DNA of 61,764 bases, counting the filler, from Dugesia japonica (lineage: Eukaryota), in NCBI GenBank assembly GCA_001938525.1. It is 6 parts of 6 records of this genome, joined end to end, with 100 filler letters (N's around TTAATTAATTAA, not from the genome) between each part and the next. Parts side by side here need not be neighbours in the genome. Positions count along the whole stretch, not along the records: positions 22,664 to 32,066 come from MQRL01637215.1; positions 32,167 to 40,964 come from MQRL01625167.1; 4 more parts are not named here. One strand, 5' to 3'. The translations under genes and the position numbers were made by a program. This document shows positions 24,530-37,752 of this stretch, one piece after another. The notes below the pieces were generated by a model. That model was given only the letters and a program-made list of their open reading frames with translations. It had not been told where the DNA came from and searched no databases. Each line of letters starts with the position of its first letter. Position 1 is the stretch's first letter.

Positions 24530-24963
24530 CTAATCATACAAAATATAATGAAAAATCGAGACTGAAACAAAATCCAAGAGTTTTTTTAAAACACAAGAAC
24601 CTTTGGGTGTTCAATTACAAAAACCAAGATAGAACATTTGTGGTCCCAAAAGCATTTGTGATGGTTAAAATATATGCAATAACAAAAATGTCACTTAAAA
24701 AAACCACTTTATGTAAGAATACATATATAGAAGAAACATGCAAAATCATACGCACAAAAAATAAGGAACATTTTAAACAGAAGGAAAATGAAGTCATCAA
24801 ACACTTTCAACACAAACATAATATTTTACTAGAAAAACATCATATTACATGGAAAACATTAGGAACAGGTTACATTTCTACACTTCACATAAAAACACAT
24901 AAAGAAATATTGATGAAAGATGATAAACCTATAATCAAAGTGGTTTATAATTATAGTAATTAA
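24530..24963 (+). mobile_element. Penelope-like element GIY-YIG endonuclease remnant
   Basis: C.NTYIEETCKIIRT.NKEH....VIKH...H...L.......E.ILMK.DKP.I = degenerate YIGET.R...R..EH. Confidence 0.75.
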
Positions 24964-25497
24964 AATAAATTTCAATAAATTAAATTTATTAAAAAATAAA
25001 ATAATAAAAAAATTATTAATATAAAAAAATGTTAAAATTTTTAAAATTCCTAAATTTTATAAAATTTTAAAAAATTAATATAATTTAAATGTATTTTTTT
25101 AAATTATAAAATCTAAACATTTATATAAAAAATTAATAAAACATTAAATAAAAAAAATTCTAAAAATAATTTAAATAATAAAAAAATATAATATTTAATA
25201 ATTAAAAAATTTTATATATTTTCATTTTTAATTGAATAAAATGAATATATTTTATGATAATTATAATTCAATAAACTTTTACAAATTGAAAAAAATTTGA
25301 AAATTTAAAAATGAAATACCAATATTTAATCATTATGCATTTAAAATATATCAATTTAATTATAATTTTAGGTTTAATGTAAAATAAAATTTAAATTTTA
25401 ATATAATTTAATTTGATTAAAATAACCGAATAAAATTTTAATAGACTAAACAGTTTTATAACAATTTTCTAATATCGATTAAATCAACCAAAAAGTC

Positions 25498-25535
25498 ATA
25501 TTCCTGAAGAAGACAAAAGTCGAAAATTTGAATAT
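25498..25535 (+). ncRNA. Minimal type I hammerhead ribozyme (Penelope pLTR type)
   Basis: ATATTC-CTGAAGA-A-GAC(AAAA)GTC-GAAA-AT-TT-GAATAT: 6-bp stem I, CUGANGA and GAAA boxes, 3-bp stem II, palindromic AATT stem III; ~540 bp downstream of same-strand GIY-YIG. Confidence 0.75.
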
Positions 25536-25985
25536 CTATAAAACAACAATTTAATTTGATCGAAGCTATTACTTTGTTTTGATGAAGTCTCAAATACGAT
25601 CAATGGTTAACTTCTATAATTATTCTCGCAATAATTGTAATTTTAAAATTTCATTGAAGATTCGCAAAAAATGAAATTAGATGATTTTTGTTGATAAAGT
25701 TTCCTGGAAATCATCGATTCATTTGAAAAAGTCATAAACTCAACTAACAAATTTTTCTTTTTCAAATAATAAGGAAATTATATTCATTTTTTCTTTGATT
25801 AGATGGAAATTGTTTTCTATATTACGTTTTATTTATTCTGCAATTTTTATTTTTATTTTCTAAAATGGTTAACTTATTAATACAAAGGTATAAAAGGAAT
25901 CAAAAAGATATTAAAATATAAATAGCAACTTTTATGCTCTGTTTTTGTAAAGATTTAGATCGGAACTTGCCAATAATAGTACTTG

Positions 25986-26327
25986 TGGACACTCCATAAA
26001 GTATGTCAGACTATTTTTTAAAATTTTTACAAATATCTGACCCCCCTTGAACGTATGTAACACTCTTGTACTAAAAAATTATTTTAAAAATTATCTACTC
26101 ATTAAAATTAAATCTAAAACTATATATGCTAGTGTCATATTCTGTCAGAATATGTTCATCACAACAGAAATTTAAACATCACTGTCAATTTCAGGTTTTA
26201 TATGTATAGTTAATTTACATGTGTGACGTCACAAATTATCTTTGCCATCCTTCTCCCATGTTACAAACTGTCACACTTTCTTAGACCCTTCTCTCCTCTG
26301 AGCGTGGCATACTTACTTGACTAATTC
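25986..26327. mobile_element. Non-autonomous DNA transposon (MITE) with degenerate TIRs
   Basis: Left CCATAAAGTATGTCAGAC vs right GCGTGGCATACTTACTTGA are imperfect inverted ends. Confidence 0.45.
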
Positions 26328-28363
26328 TTCTTCGTCTTTTCATCCTACTTTTACTTACATTCAACATGCCGGAGCAAGAGGTTCGCAAAAGTCTTGTGCA
26401 GCAAATTATCATTAGATTTTTGACAAAGAAATATGTATTTCGTTTTAGGATGAACGTCTTTTTCTATTAATTAACATATTCGCTTGTTGTTCTGAGGGTC
26501 ATTTATGCTTGATGTTATTTTTTTTATTTCGATAATAATAATTCCTTCTAGTAAANGATTTATTCATTGATTTATATAAATTATTATCTTCGATCTTGGT
26601 GTCACTTACTCGCTTTTTGTTCTTGTATTTTATATATTTAATTTTACTTTTTCCGTTCTTAATTTTTCAACTATATAGTCCTGTTTTTACCTCTCGTCTT
26701 TATCACTGTTATCCATTAAACTCTTGCTTTTCTATTTCAATTATTAAATGCATTTTACCGCAACAATAATATAGTATAATCTTAAAAATATTAAATAACT
26801 TCTGTAACTCAATAATTTATTTAGATTTTATTTTTTGTTTCTTGACATCATATATTTCATTGCATTAAATTTAATCAACTCTTGTTTCACGTGATAAATA
26901 CCGTTTATCAAAGCACTACTTTTTTTTATAATATTGCACTATTGTTTATCTTTTTTATGTCATCTCTAAAATTCTATTATATTACTTGAAATAAACTTTA
27001 TGGAAAATTGACATTGAAATTTTAATTTTATAATAATAAAATGATTAAAATGAAGCTGAAAGTACTTAAAGTTTAGCTTCATAAAACCAGACACTTTACT
27101 AAAAATATAAACAAAAATCTAGGAAACTTCATTAAATTATTTTTAATATTGATTAAGTATAACAACACTTCATTTTATTTAATTTCACAAATTGTTATTA
27201 ATGACAGATCAATGAATATAAATTGTACTTGAACTTATATTTAGTACTCATCAGTAATTAGTATATGTTACTAATGGATGATGCATATATCTAGATTGTA
27301 TCTAATATTTTTATTAATATGAAAAAAGATCAACAAGTGTCATTTAAAATAGTTGCCATAACGTTTTGAAACAAATAATCAAAAGTAAAAAATTATTCAT
27401 TGGTAATTTATAAATATTCTTACTGAAGTAATACATCCCAAGTAGTATTTCCTTATAAAAACAACCATTGTATAGGTGTGTTTGTGTTTTTGGGTGTTTG
27501 ACGATGGATTTGACCAGGCCTTCGGAAACCGTCTAGAGTTGCCAAAGGTAACTATGGGCTAAAATGGGCTTGAGGATACCAGATTTGTAAGCACATGACC
27601 GTAGGGTGATGAGTTATTGCACATTTGATTTTGAAAGGTTCTGGTGTTTTATGTGGTGGCTGGATTTTCTTGGTATTTGTGTAGGTGTGTGTATGTATTG
27701 GTATTTGTTTTGGGTTGATGTTTTGGATTATTGATTTATTTTTTGAGAGTTTATTGTTAAGGGTTTGTAGATAGATNAAAATAATTTGTTAGGTTGTGCT
27801 TTATTTTTTTTAAGGTAGAGGGAAAATGGGGAATTTGAAAAATTGGGATTTTTATTTTCCCGGGGTGTGTGTGAATTATTAAAAATAGAGGTTTGAAAAG
27901 ATAGGGGGGGGATTTTTTTAAAGTTTTTGGTTCGTGCAGTCTAGAGATGAACAGTTCATGCAGCCTTAGTTCTCAAATGTGTTTGTGTGTTGCATGCATG
28001 CAGTTTTTATGTTGCAAAAATGAGTTTCAAGTATATTTTTAATGGGTTTAAGAGATTAAAAGTTATTTTACATGTGATTTTTGGATGATTGTGTTTTGAA
28101 TCTGTGTTGCAATTATTAATATTTTTACATTTATTTTATTTACTACTTATAAAATGAAAAATATTTACAATACTAAACATTTATTGTTACAAAATTTTAA
28201 TTATTCTTCTTCATCTTCAATTTTTTGTTCCTCTAGATTGTTTTTCATTGGTTCCAGGAATATTTCTGATCAATCTTGTACCGATAATATTTTATACACA
28301 CACAATCACAAGTATATAAATAGAAAGTTTAAATTATATTTCATTTTTGTATGATTTAAAAAA

Positions 28364-29105
28364 ATGACAGACTTGAAGAAAACCTCGTTCCAGCAATATG
28401 AAATGTTGAATGAAATTGGGTCATAAAACAAAGACATTGAAGATTCTCACAAGGAAATTTTCAAAGAAAAAATTGAAGGAATCATGAGCAAAAGTTGTAT
28501 ACTGAATTATCCAGACAATCTATCCAGATGTGTAGCAAATAAAGCAGAAATATTAAAGATGCATTATAATCTGGATCTAGTTATGTCACCGTTGACAAAG
28601 ATCTCAAACAATGAGATATTATTGTATCGGTACAAGTTAAAGAAGTTGCAAGATGAGCTATGTGCATTATTAGAAATTCAATTCCTTGACAGTTTAGTTG
28701 TCATGATAAAAGATGATTGTAAAAATAAGCTCAGTTACAATCTAAAAGAACTGGAAAATATGAGATTTTTAAGTAAGAATCTCGTAAAGTTCTTCAATCT
28801 AAACCCACTTATAACAGTATTCAAACTTTAAAAAGAAGAGAAAAAAATAATTAAAAACATATTGAACTTGGACTGCAGATATCAAAGTCCAGAAGTAATT
28901 GATATCACAAAAGCAAACATCAAAATGAAAGCTCTATCTTTGGGGCAACAGCGCCAATGTAAGATAGAAAGTAATAAAAATAATGGCAATTATTCTTTAT
29001 TTATTTAAAAATTAATTATTTTAGTTTAGATCCGATCTGTCAAGAGAAAAGCTCGAGGATTCATTAAGTTTAATGGTTACAAAAACATTTATTTATGTTT
29101 TTTGA
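28364..29105 (+). pseudogene. Orphan helical protein gene remnant with one short intron
   Basis: MTDLKKTSF... frameshift into the 115-aa ORF 28484-28831, continues past a stop; gtaag...tttag intron ~28959-29023; AATAAA after. Confidence 0.35.
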
Positions 29106-30439
29106 TGTTATTGTTTATGTAATTATGTTATAAAATAAATATTATTCAAGAAAATCATTTAATTTCCTTATTATTTTAATAATATTCTTTTAAAAAAAGA
29201 ATAATATAGCTGTGCTAGAACACCAATTGTGAAACGAGAAAAATAATTTAAAATAGTTAGTCTTAACAAAAATGTAAAGAAATATAAAATATAACGAAAA
29301 AAGAAATCAGAATTTATAATATAAAGTTACCAAAGGAAAATATATGTAAATGAAAATAAATGAGAATAAAACAAGTGCTGGACCAGCAAATTGAATACCA
29401 TTATTATTATTAGCATTATTATTAGCATAATTATTAGCATAATTATTATATTATTATTATACATATTATGAAATGATTATATGGATTCCGAGAAACGAAA
29501 ATTTTTGGAGGAGAGGACTCTAATTTTGAAGCAGGAAATAATTTTGTAGATAAATGAATAAGTAATAATAAGATAAATAAGTAATGAAATAAATAATAAA
29601 AGTAAGCAACATTTCTATAATAACATATTAGAGGACCTCTACGGTCATTTTATTTAATATAGTAATCATAATTACCTTTAATTTGCATTAATTAATGCAA
29701 TAAACAAGTGGTCTAGTAACTGAGATTATACAATTTTCAAAATGCTGAATCACACGAAATTCAACAAAAACCAAGATAGCTAACAAAGAAAGTTAGCATG
29801 ACAATGAGTGGTAAAATTTAAATTGAATGAAAATGTTTGGAAAAAAAGCAACTTAAATATAAATTGCAATTATTGCAAGAATAATTGTTGGACGTAACCA
29901 TTAATCGTTTTTTAGAATTCATTTAAAATAAAATTTCGATCAAATTTGATTTTTTTGGTTTTTGATAACAATTCTATATTTCGACTTTTATCATTTATTA
30001 TATTACCAAATCTAAATGCATGGTAATAGAACATTAAATTTTGTTTATATTGTATGCTCATTGCATGTTCATGACATGTATGAAGCATATACACAACATG
30101 TATATATTATGATAATAATAACAACAATGAGAATAACATTAAAAAAATTTTCTTTTTAAAAAAATAAATAAAACATCACATTTGGTCCTAAAGAGGACCG
30201 GTTTAATCATTCTCAATTGTTTTTTTAATACAAATATATACATTTTTCTTTCTTTTGTTTCTTTCTGAAATAGAAATAATTAAATATCATTAANATAAAA
30301 TAAATAAAAACATGTATAGCTGATGTTTATTAGGCTGGATCGAATGACTTTTTTTACGAGAAACCGCATTATTTTATTTTATATTGTTCCTAAGGTACAC
30401 TTTCATTTCCCCCTAACAAATACCTCTTATTATTTTCTT

Positions 30440-31030
30440 CGATTTTACTAGTGATCCTAAATGGAAATACGGATACCTATTGGTTCTCATTGTAACAGTC
30501 AANGTATGGCTGTTTAGAAATACTTGTGTTTTTTAGTGTTATACCTTTAGCTTTCATACTTTTCTTTTCGCTATGCATGCTATGGCACTTCGGTCTCAGG
30601 AACACCAATTCTCGATACCTATTCTCATTGTTCTCATTTTTAAACTTTCCGATGAATGAATTANNNNNNNNNNNNNNNNNNNNNNNNNNNNNNNNNNNNN
30701 NNNNNNNNNNNNNNNNNNNNNAATGATAAAAAGATTTCTAATTTATCCCAGTTATCCCAAGCAAAAAGCTGTCAGAATCGCCAGCTACAATATGTATTTT
30801 ACAGGTTTCTTCTTTGCTGTACTTCTCGAACTTGATGTACTGTAGTTGGTACATCCATAATTTTCTCAAGTCAAGTACACATTATCCAATGTAACTTAGG
30901 CGATCTAAACATACTGACTCCTTATTCATTAAAGTCGCTATTAGTTCCGCGTCAGGCTTGATGGATTTTCGAAAGCCGGGGTTTAGATGCATATGTTATC
31001 AGCTTTTTGTTTATGTTACGTAATTGTAAA
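30440..31030 (-). pseudogene. Polinton protein-primed DNA polymerase B, C-terminal remnant
   Basis: LDRLSYIG*CVLDLRKLWMY, IVAGDSDSF (DTDS motif), GKFKNE...ELVFLRPKCHS...KAKG. Confidence 0.88.
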
Positions 31031-31069
31031 AATATTCTTAGAAAATACTTCATTTCATTTGAATTTTCT

Positions 31070-31500
31070 TCTTGATTAACTATTTGTGATGATAATATCC
31101 AACTTGGTCTTTCGTACCCATGCCATTTTACATAGTATTGTTTATTCTTTCCGGTTTCTTTTGATTTGATGATGTTTTCTATTCTATATATCTCTGGTGG
31201 CGTAATGACTTGTAATTCTTGTTCATAGAATTTCCTTTGCACAATATTATCTTAATAATCTTTAATAACATACATGGCTGGATTTTGTTTCGTGATGATC
31301 TTTGTTATTTGAAACACTTCACAACTTCAATTACTATTAAATTTCTTGATAATTGATGAAGCTTATATTTTTGAGATTTTAACATGATCACCAGCTTTAT
31401 ATTTTGGTTTTTGTTTTGCTTTTNNNNNNNNNNNNNNNNNNNNNNNNNNNNNNNNNNNNNNNNNNNNNNNNNNAACTTACGTCAATCGGTCTTGTTCCAT
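31070..31500 (-). pseudogene. Polinton integrase C-terminus with chromodomain
   Basis: PKYKAGDHVKISK, FQITK...P.MYVIKD..., KFYEQELQ, YRIENIIK...QYYVKWHGY...SWI. Confidence 0.88.
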
Positions 31501-31689
31501 TTTATCTGTTAAAAGTAATACATCTATTTTCATACAATTCATTATATAATCTTTCATGTCTTTACAATTTAAATCATTCCAATTTATTAGAGCTTGATTA
31601 TATTCTTCTTGGGATATATTCGTTTGTTTTATTTTATTGAAAAATTATCATGAAATAGTAANTTAGTTTCTTGCATAATTTTATCACTT

Positions 31690-31900
31690 TTATGGAATCC
31701 CTCTTCAGGTGATATATAATCATATGAAAATATTCCTTTTAATGGTTTGAGATTATATTTATTTTTAATTTACACATTCTTCTGGTTTTACATTTTTACC
31801 TTAATCTTGTAATGAATTTGCTAATAATCTTAAAGAATCTAAAATACTAATACAACCTATTTGAAGTGAAATATATACTTCTTCATTTTTACATTAAAAA
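31690..31900 (-). pseudogene. Polinton pPolB N-terminal (exonuclease-side) fragment
   Basis: YISLQIGCISILDSLRLLANSL and KGIFSYDY (cf. FLDS...SL, KG.FPYDY). Confidence 0.7.
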
Positions 31901-32066
31901 AGTGAGGAGTTAAAATCAAACTTGAAGAAATTGAAAAAGAAGATTCTGAAAGTGAAAAATCTGAAACTGAAAAGGAAGAATCTAATTTTGATTCTGATTC
32001 AGATGAAAGTGATCTTGAAGTTTTAATTAATAAAAAACTTCAAAATAGTTTTGAAAGAATGGAAAC

Positions 32067-32166
32067 NNNNNNNNNNNNNNNNNNNNNNNNNNNNNNNNNN
32101 NNNNNNNNNNTTAATTAATTAANNNNNNNNNNNNNNNNNNNNNNNNNNNNNNNNNNNNNNNNNNNN
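32067..32166. other. Artificial contig linker
   Basis: N44-TTAATTAATTAA-N44. Confidence 0.95.
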
Positions 32167-32472
32167 TTAGAAAATAATTATTTTTAAAATGAAATGTTCA
32201 GATATATTTCAAAATAAACGATGAAAGTAAGAGTATTTTTTATCAAAATATTGTTTTAAAAAAAAATGATATTAATTTCGTCATTTTAATCTGATTTTTG
32301 TCAAATTTATAACATGAATTCATGTAAAAATATCAGGTTTCATTACGTTTTCTAAAGGTTTCAGTGTATCGTTTACAGTGCTTTTGTTTTAAACAATNAA
32401 ATTAAAGTTTTTCAATTTTTACTGATTCAATCTTGAAAAAAATAAAAAATAGTATTGAGTGAATCTTCTTAC

Positions 32473-34126
32473 TTTAGACCATTCACTATATATCCATTTC
32501 GGACAAGAGGATTCTTCGCATTTACGTAGTGTGATCGGCTTGGTTAAATTAGCACATCTATTGTTATCATTCCACCAAACAATAGTATTATTAATATTTC
32601 TATAGCCACATTTGAAGGATCTTTGTTGAATTCCTTCGCCACAAGAAACTGAGCACTAGAAAATATTTTGAAAATTTTATATTTCAAAATTGTTTAGATT
32701 ACTTTATTCCAAGGTAGTTTTATCCAAAACGATTCGATAAAACAAAGCTTCAATAAACATGGGATAACAATGTTTTCTGGTTTTGAGAGATTATACTTCA
32801 AACAGTAGCCGTCATCAACCGAATAAGTAATGGATCTTTGATTGGTTTTTTTCATACACACATAGCTCTGAATTTTGAAGCCCGAACCACAAGTTGTGGA
32901 ACACTGTTCCATAAAATTGATAAAAATCAAAATAAGCATATTTAAATTGCTTACTTTTCCTGTTTTATTTCGTATCCAGTGAAAACAACCATCAAGAGAA
33001 CATGGCCTTTCATCGACTGGTTTAACTGAATGAATGTCACAAAATGCATCTGATATTTGTTCATGTTCTTTCAAAAAATTCTCATCAACATATTTATCAG
33101 ATTGTTTGATCTCTTCAGATCTGAAACAATAAACGAAACGTTTCTGTTGTTCGTTCTCACAAATTTGAGAACATTTCGACCAAGGTGAAGTTACCCATCT
33201 CGTTAAATTGTGACAATTCCTATAAGATAAGCAAGTTTCTTTATTATCTGGATAACCCAAATAATTTAAACAAATTTCATTTTGCCATGTTCTTCCTTGA
33301 CTATCTTTACATATATATGGTCGATAACGAAAACTTGTACCACATTCGATTGGGCACTAAATTGAAAGTTATTTTGAATTTTACTTGTTTATAATTATTT
33401 ATNNNNNNNNNNNNNNNNNNNNNNNNNNNNNNNNNNNNNNNNNNNNNNNNNNTTGTTTATAATTATTTATATATATATATATATAATTATATTTATAATT
33501 ATATATATAATTATAATTATAATCTTTAAAATAAAACTATAAAACAACTTGTTCCCAATCTCCATAAGACCATAGCAATGGATTACATTGACCCATGCAG
33601 TTGTGGTCTTCATACTGTTGTCCTATTAATTCTGCAGAATAACATTGACTGTCATCAACAGCTTCCCACTGATGAAAAATTTCATCGGTGGCCATGTTTT
33701 TCTCACATAAGTACCAAATTTTGATTTTTCCATTACCACATCGTACAGGACAAGAATTAGTTATTGTATTGTTAATGTAATGTTCACTAGGCCTTTGCCA
33801 TCTATATCCACACAGAGAACTGCATTTTATGATTTTCGGTTTTGGCTTAGATGATTGAAGACAATAAAAATCCAAAACACGATAGTTTTCAAGCTTCCGA
33901 AAACATGCTGGATTATTTTCAATAAAACCTATAAAACTGGAATATTAAAATACTTCAAATACATTATGTAATTTTAAAGCATTCAAAGTTATAAAATATT
34001 AATTTAATCGTCTTATTTTTCAGAATAAATTCATTTAAACTACATTTTACTTATTTAATTCACCAAAATCTAAAGATAATTCATTTTATTTTATTTGATT
34101 ACCCAAAAATGATGATGATGGTGATG

Positions 34127-34181
<55 letters not shown>

Positions 34182-34231
34182 NNNNNNNNNNNNNNNNNNN
34201 NNNNNNNNNNNNNNNNNNNNNNNNNNNNNNN

Positions 34232-34297
<66 letters not shown>

Positions 34298-35035
34298 TAA
34301 TTAATTATGATAATAATAGTCATAATATTAATGATAAAATTAATAATAATATAAATAATAACTTTAAAAACTGACCGTTACACTTATCTTTACATGGATC
34401 TGCTATAAACTCTAAATATTTCCAAATAAAAACAGTTTTGTCTACATAATAACGGTAACTTATAGTCGGAAGATTCAATGTTGTACCGATATTTTCCACT
34501 TTTATCTAAATCATTAATTTAGAACGAATTTTAAAATGAATTCCTCTTACAACAACAGAAATGGCTACATTAATTTTACCTTTAATTTCAATTGTTTCCT
34601 CTTTTCTGTTAGCACCACTGTAATGCAACTGCCCACCAGCTAGAGGTTCAATTGTTTCAGATCGACGAATAACAGTTCTCCTATTAACAATAAGCACTAA
34701 TATAATAAAATAAATCAATATTTTGTTCATTTGATGAAATAAATGTTTACATAATTCAAAGTCATCAAATACGTCTTTAGTATAAGGAGTAATTCTTTGA
34801 GAATTTTTTTTTATTAGTAAATTATGAACATTCTTCGGAATCGTAAATGCTTTTATCATGCGTACTAAAAATGAAAATATAATTAAATGAACCTTTGGAT
34901 TTTTTGTTTACCTTTATCAATTTTAGATCCATCAAAAAATCCTTTTTTCTCAATACACAAATCATTGTGACCTCCACACACGTTACAATTATCGTAAACC
35001 TTTGTCGATCCGACGACTTTATCACAACCAGTTTT
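32473..35035 (-). CDS. ADAMTS metalloprotease (ADAMTS9/20/GON-1-like), internal 8 exons: Cys-rich end, spacer, tandem TSP1 repeats
   Basis: Exons 35035-34912, 34864-34751, 34696-34551, 34505-34376, 33928-33549, 33356-32955, 32903-32703, 32655-32473 join in frame at GT-AG sites; GCDKVVGS...DNCNVCGG, LHYSG...EETI, W...W..CS..CG.G repeats. Confidence 0.93.
34109..34360. repeat. (AAT)n microsatellite in ADAMTS intron
   Basis: Direct reading. Confidence 0.95.
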
Positions 35036-35599
35036 CTGTGGTAATTATATTATTAAGGTGATTATTAAGAAATAATTATTTTCTTTATTTATGTTGTAAT
35101 TTTGTTTTAACAAGAAGTAGTTGTGTATCACAATTTGAAATATATAGCTAATTTTAATATTTAGTAAATAAGCTTCAAAATGTTTGACGATAAGGAACAC
35201 ATTCGCCATATTATTATTTTTACTTTGCTTTAAAATGCAATTCAATTTAAACACAAAAAATATATGCACCTTATGAAATGGATGCTGTGACCAATTGCAC
35301 TTGTCAGAAGTGGTTTTCAAAACTTAGAGCTAGTGATTTTTCCTTTAACTCATTAGCATCCAACGTCCTCTTTTGAGGACACACTTTATAATTTTTCTAG
35401 TACTCTACCTAAATGTTATTTCATTCTAATTTTAGAATAAGAATAATAAACAATAATATGCCTACACTTGGCATGTATCACTTTTATCAGACGTATTTTA
35501 GTGTTTGTGTTATTCGCTTTTAAACTTCTGTAAATATTTTTGCATAATTATTCTTAAGAAATTAAATTGGGCGTTACCGTGTCAATGACCAAGAATTCA

Positions 35600-36312
35600 G
35601 TAGAATTGATAATTGCAAAGACGTCATTTCAGCGGCTAGAAATGACTTAAATTTCCTTAAATCAGTTGTAAAAAATGATGAAATATAGTGCTTTCAATAT
35701 AACCCAAAAACTAAAAAGACAAAGAACGTACTCCAAGCCAAGAAAATGAGAAAAGTTCAATTAAAAATCAAAACAATGTTCATCGTTTTTTTCGATAGTA
35801 AGGATATTATCCACAAAGAATTTGCACCACTTAGATAAACAAACACGGCCAAATATTATTTAGAAAATGTAAAACGTTTAAAGACCATAATTCATTGTAT
35901 TCGTTCAGAATATTGTGATGGGACAGTTGGTGTTTGCTGCAAAATAATGCACCAAGTCACAAATCAATCATTGTTTCTCGATATTTAGCAAAACATAATG
36001 TCTATGTGCTAAATCATCCACCGTATTTTCTTGACTTAGCACTTTACGATTTCTCCTTATACCAAAAACTTAAAATAAAATTAAAAAGTTATTATTTTCA
36101 CGATGTTACAATCATATAAACAGCTTAGAAGCTCGTTTTGTAAGAAATGTCGCGATATAAGCTGAAATAGGCACTTCAGTATTTGTTAAATCAGTGTAAC
36201 ATATGCATTGAAGTTGGAGGGAATTATTTTGAATAAATAAAACAATAAAAGCTTTATATTTTGCTTTCTTTTGATTTTACAGACTCAGTCTTAAAACATA
36301 ATTGTCATACTG
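35600..36312 (+). mobile_element. mariner DD34D transposase remnant with 3' end
   Basis: FLKSVV..DE..CFQYNP, KTMFIVFFDSK.IIHKEF, LLQNNAPSH, HPPYFLDLALYDF.LY.KLK, GGNYFE*. Confidence 0.92.
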
Positions 36313-36339
36313 TGCAAATAAGCCTAATAATTCAAAAAC

Positions 36340-36660
36340 AACTATGCAGAATAACGCTAAAGATAAAAGAAATTCTATAAATAAGTTAGGCATATATCGT
36401 ACTTCATTTGCAAAACTGGGATACATACTTCGTTATGATATTTTAGCGCCATTTAAATTAATGAGCGCATTTCTGCTTGTTATTTACACTTGAAACAGAA
36501 CGAGGAATATCCATTTTGAGAAAGATTAATAACAGGTGATAAAAAATGGATTGTTTACAGGAAAGGTATAATATATTATGAGCTTCTGTTTCACAACAAA
36601 CCCAATAACGCTCATGAGTATTGTCGTCAGCTAGACGATTTGAAAACAGACGTGACATAA
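36340..36660 (+). mobile_element. Second mariner remnant, internally deleted
   Basis: KLGYILRYDILAP, RISAC.LHLKQN..YPF, RLITGDKKWIVY, KGIIYYELL, YCRQLDDLK. Confidence 0.8.
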
Positions 36661-37251
36661 GACTGGAATCATGAAACTGTCTAATCATTAGAGACAGATT
36701 ATCAAATATATATTGTGGAATAAATTTATTTGTGTGCTTTATTAGATTTATTTTAAAAATCTTCCAAAAAACCGAACTAACTTTCTGATCAAATTAATAA
36801 AATTTCTGAAGTATGTGATCGTAAACACGGAACTAATATGAAAAACAATCATATAATAATTGTTAGAAGTATTACTGCTAAATATATTGAATTCATAAGT
36901 CGTTTTTTTCAAATTCAAAAATATATAAAACACATCCCAAAAAATTCATATTAGACTGCTTAATATTTTTTTTATAAAATCAATCAAACCCTTGATTTGT
37001 CAAATATTCAAATGAGTTAAACTTACATTTTAAACATTTTAATTAAAAATAAAATTTAATTTTATTAACTTGTTAATTGAAATATTATTAGCAACTATTT
37101 TATAAAAATTAAAAAAAATTGCATTACATTTTTATTCATTTTAATTAACATTTGCCTTTTTTATCAATGGTTCTTTTCAATGATTTTAACTAGTTGAACA
37201 TTTTATTAAAATTTTTTTATATTTTCTCAATAGAATTCATTGAAATAGCAG

Positions 37252-37430
37252 GTTCGATCAAATTAAATTGTTGTTTAATAGATTTTCGACTATTGTCTTC
37301 TTCAGGAATATCTTCAGGAATATAAAACAACAATTTAATTTGATAGAAGATATTATATTAATGAAATCTCAAATGCAACAAATAGTTAAGTTCAGCAATT
37401 ATTCTCGTAATAATTATAATTGATTAACTC
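37252..37430. mobile_element. Penelope pLTR-like fragments in inverted arrangement, with truncated hammerhead (minus strand 37281-37311)
   Basis: Homologous to 25498-25640; minus strand ATATTC-CTGAAGA-AGACAATAGTC-GAAA lacks 3' stem I; forward copy resumes at ~37322. Confidence 0.65.
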
Positions 37431-37752
37431 TATAATTCAAAATTCATGACAAAAAACCATTGCAACATTAAAGCGGAAAACAATAGATAAATTTAAGTGA
37501 AACAGAATTTAAAATGTCTATTAGATCTCTTGGTCTCGATACTAGAATTATTATTTTGTAAATTTTTAGTAATCAACAGGATTACAATGACTTTTACTCA
37601 TCTATACTCAATCGATCCATTTGAAAATAAATAAATTTTTATGTGTGTTATGTATGGATCTAATTTTCTAAAAAAATTAATGTAAAACAAAGATTTTACT
37701 AGATGGGCAAGTAAAAGCATGTCAGCAGTATAATTATATTATTAATTTAATT

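Noticed and set aside
31910-32066. Acidic E/S/D-rich frame at contig end
   Set aside because: Short, low complexity, truncated by linker; no assignable family
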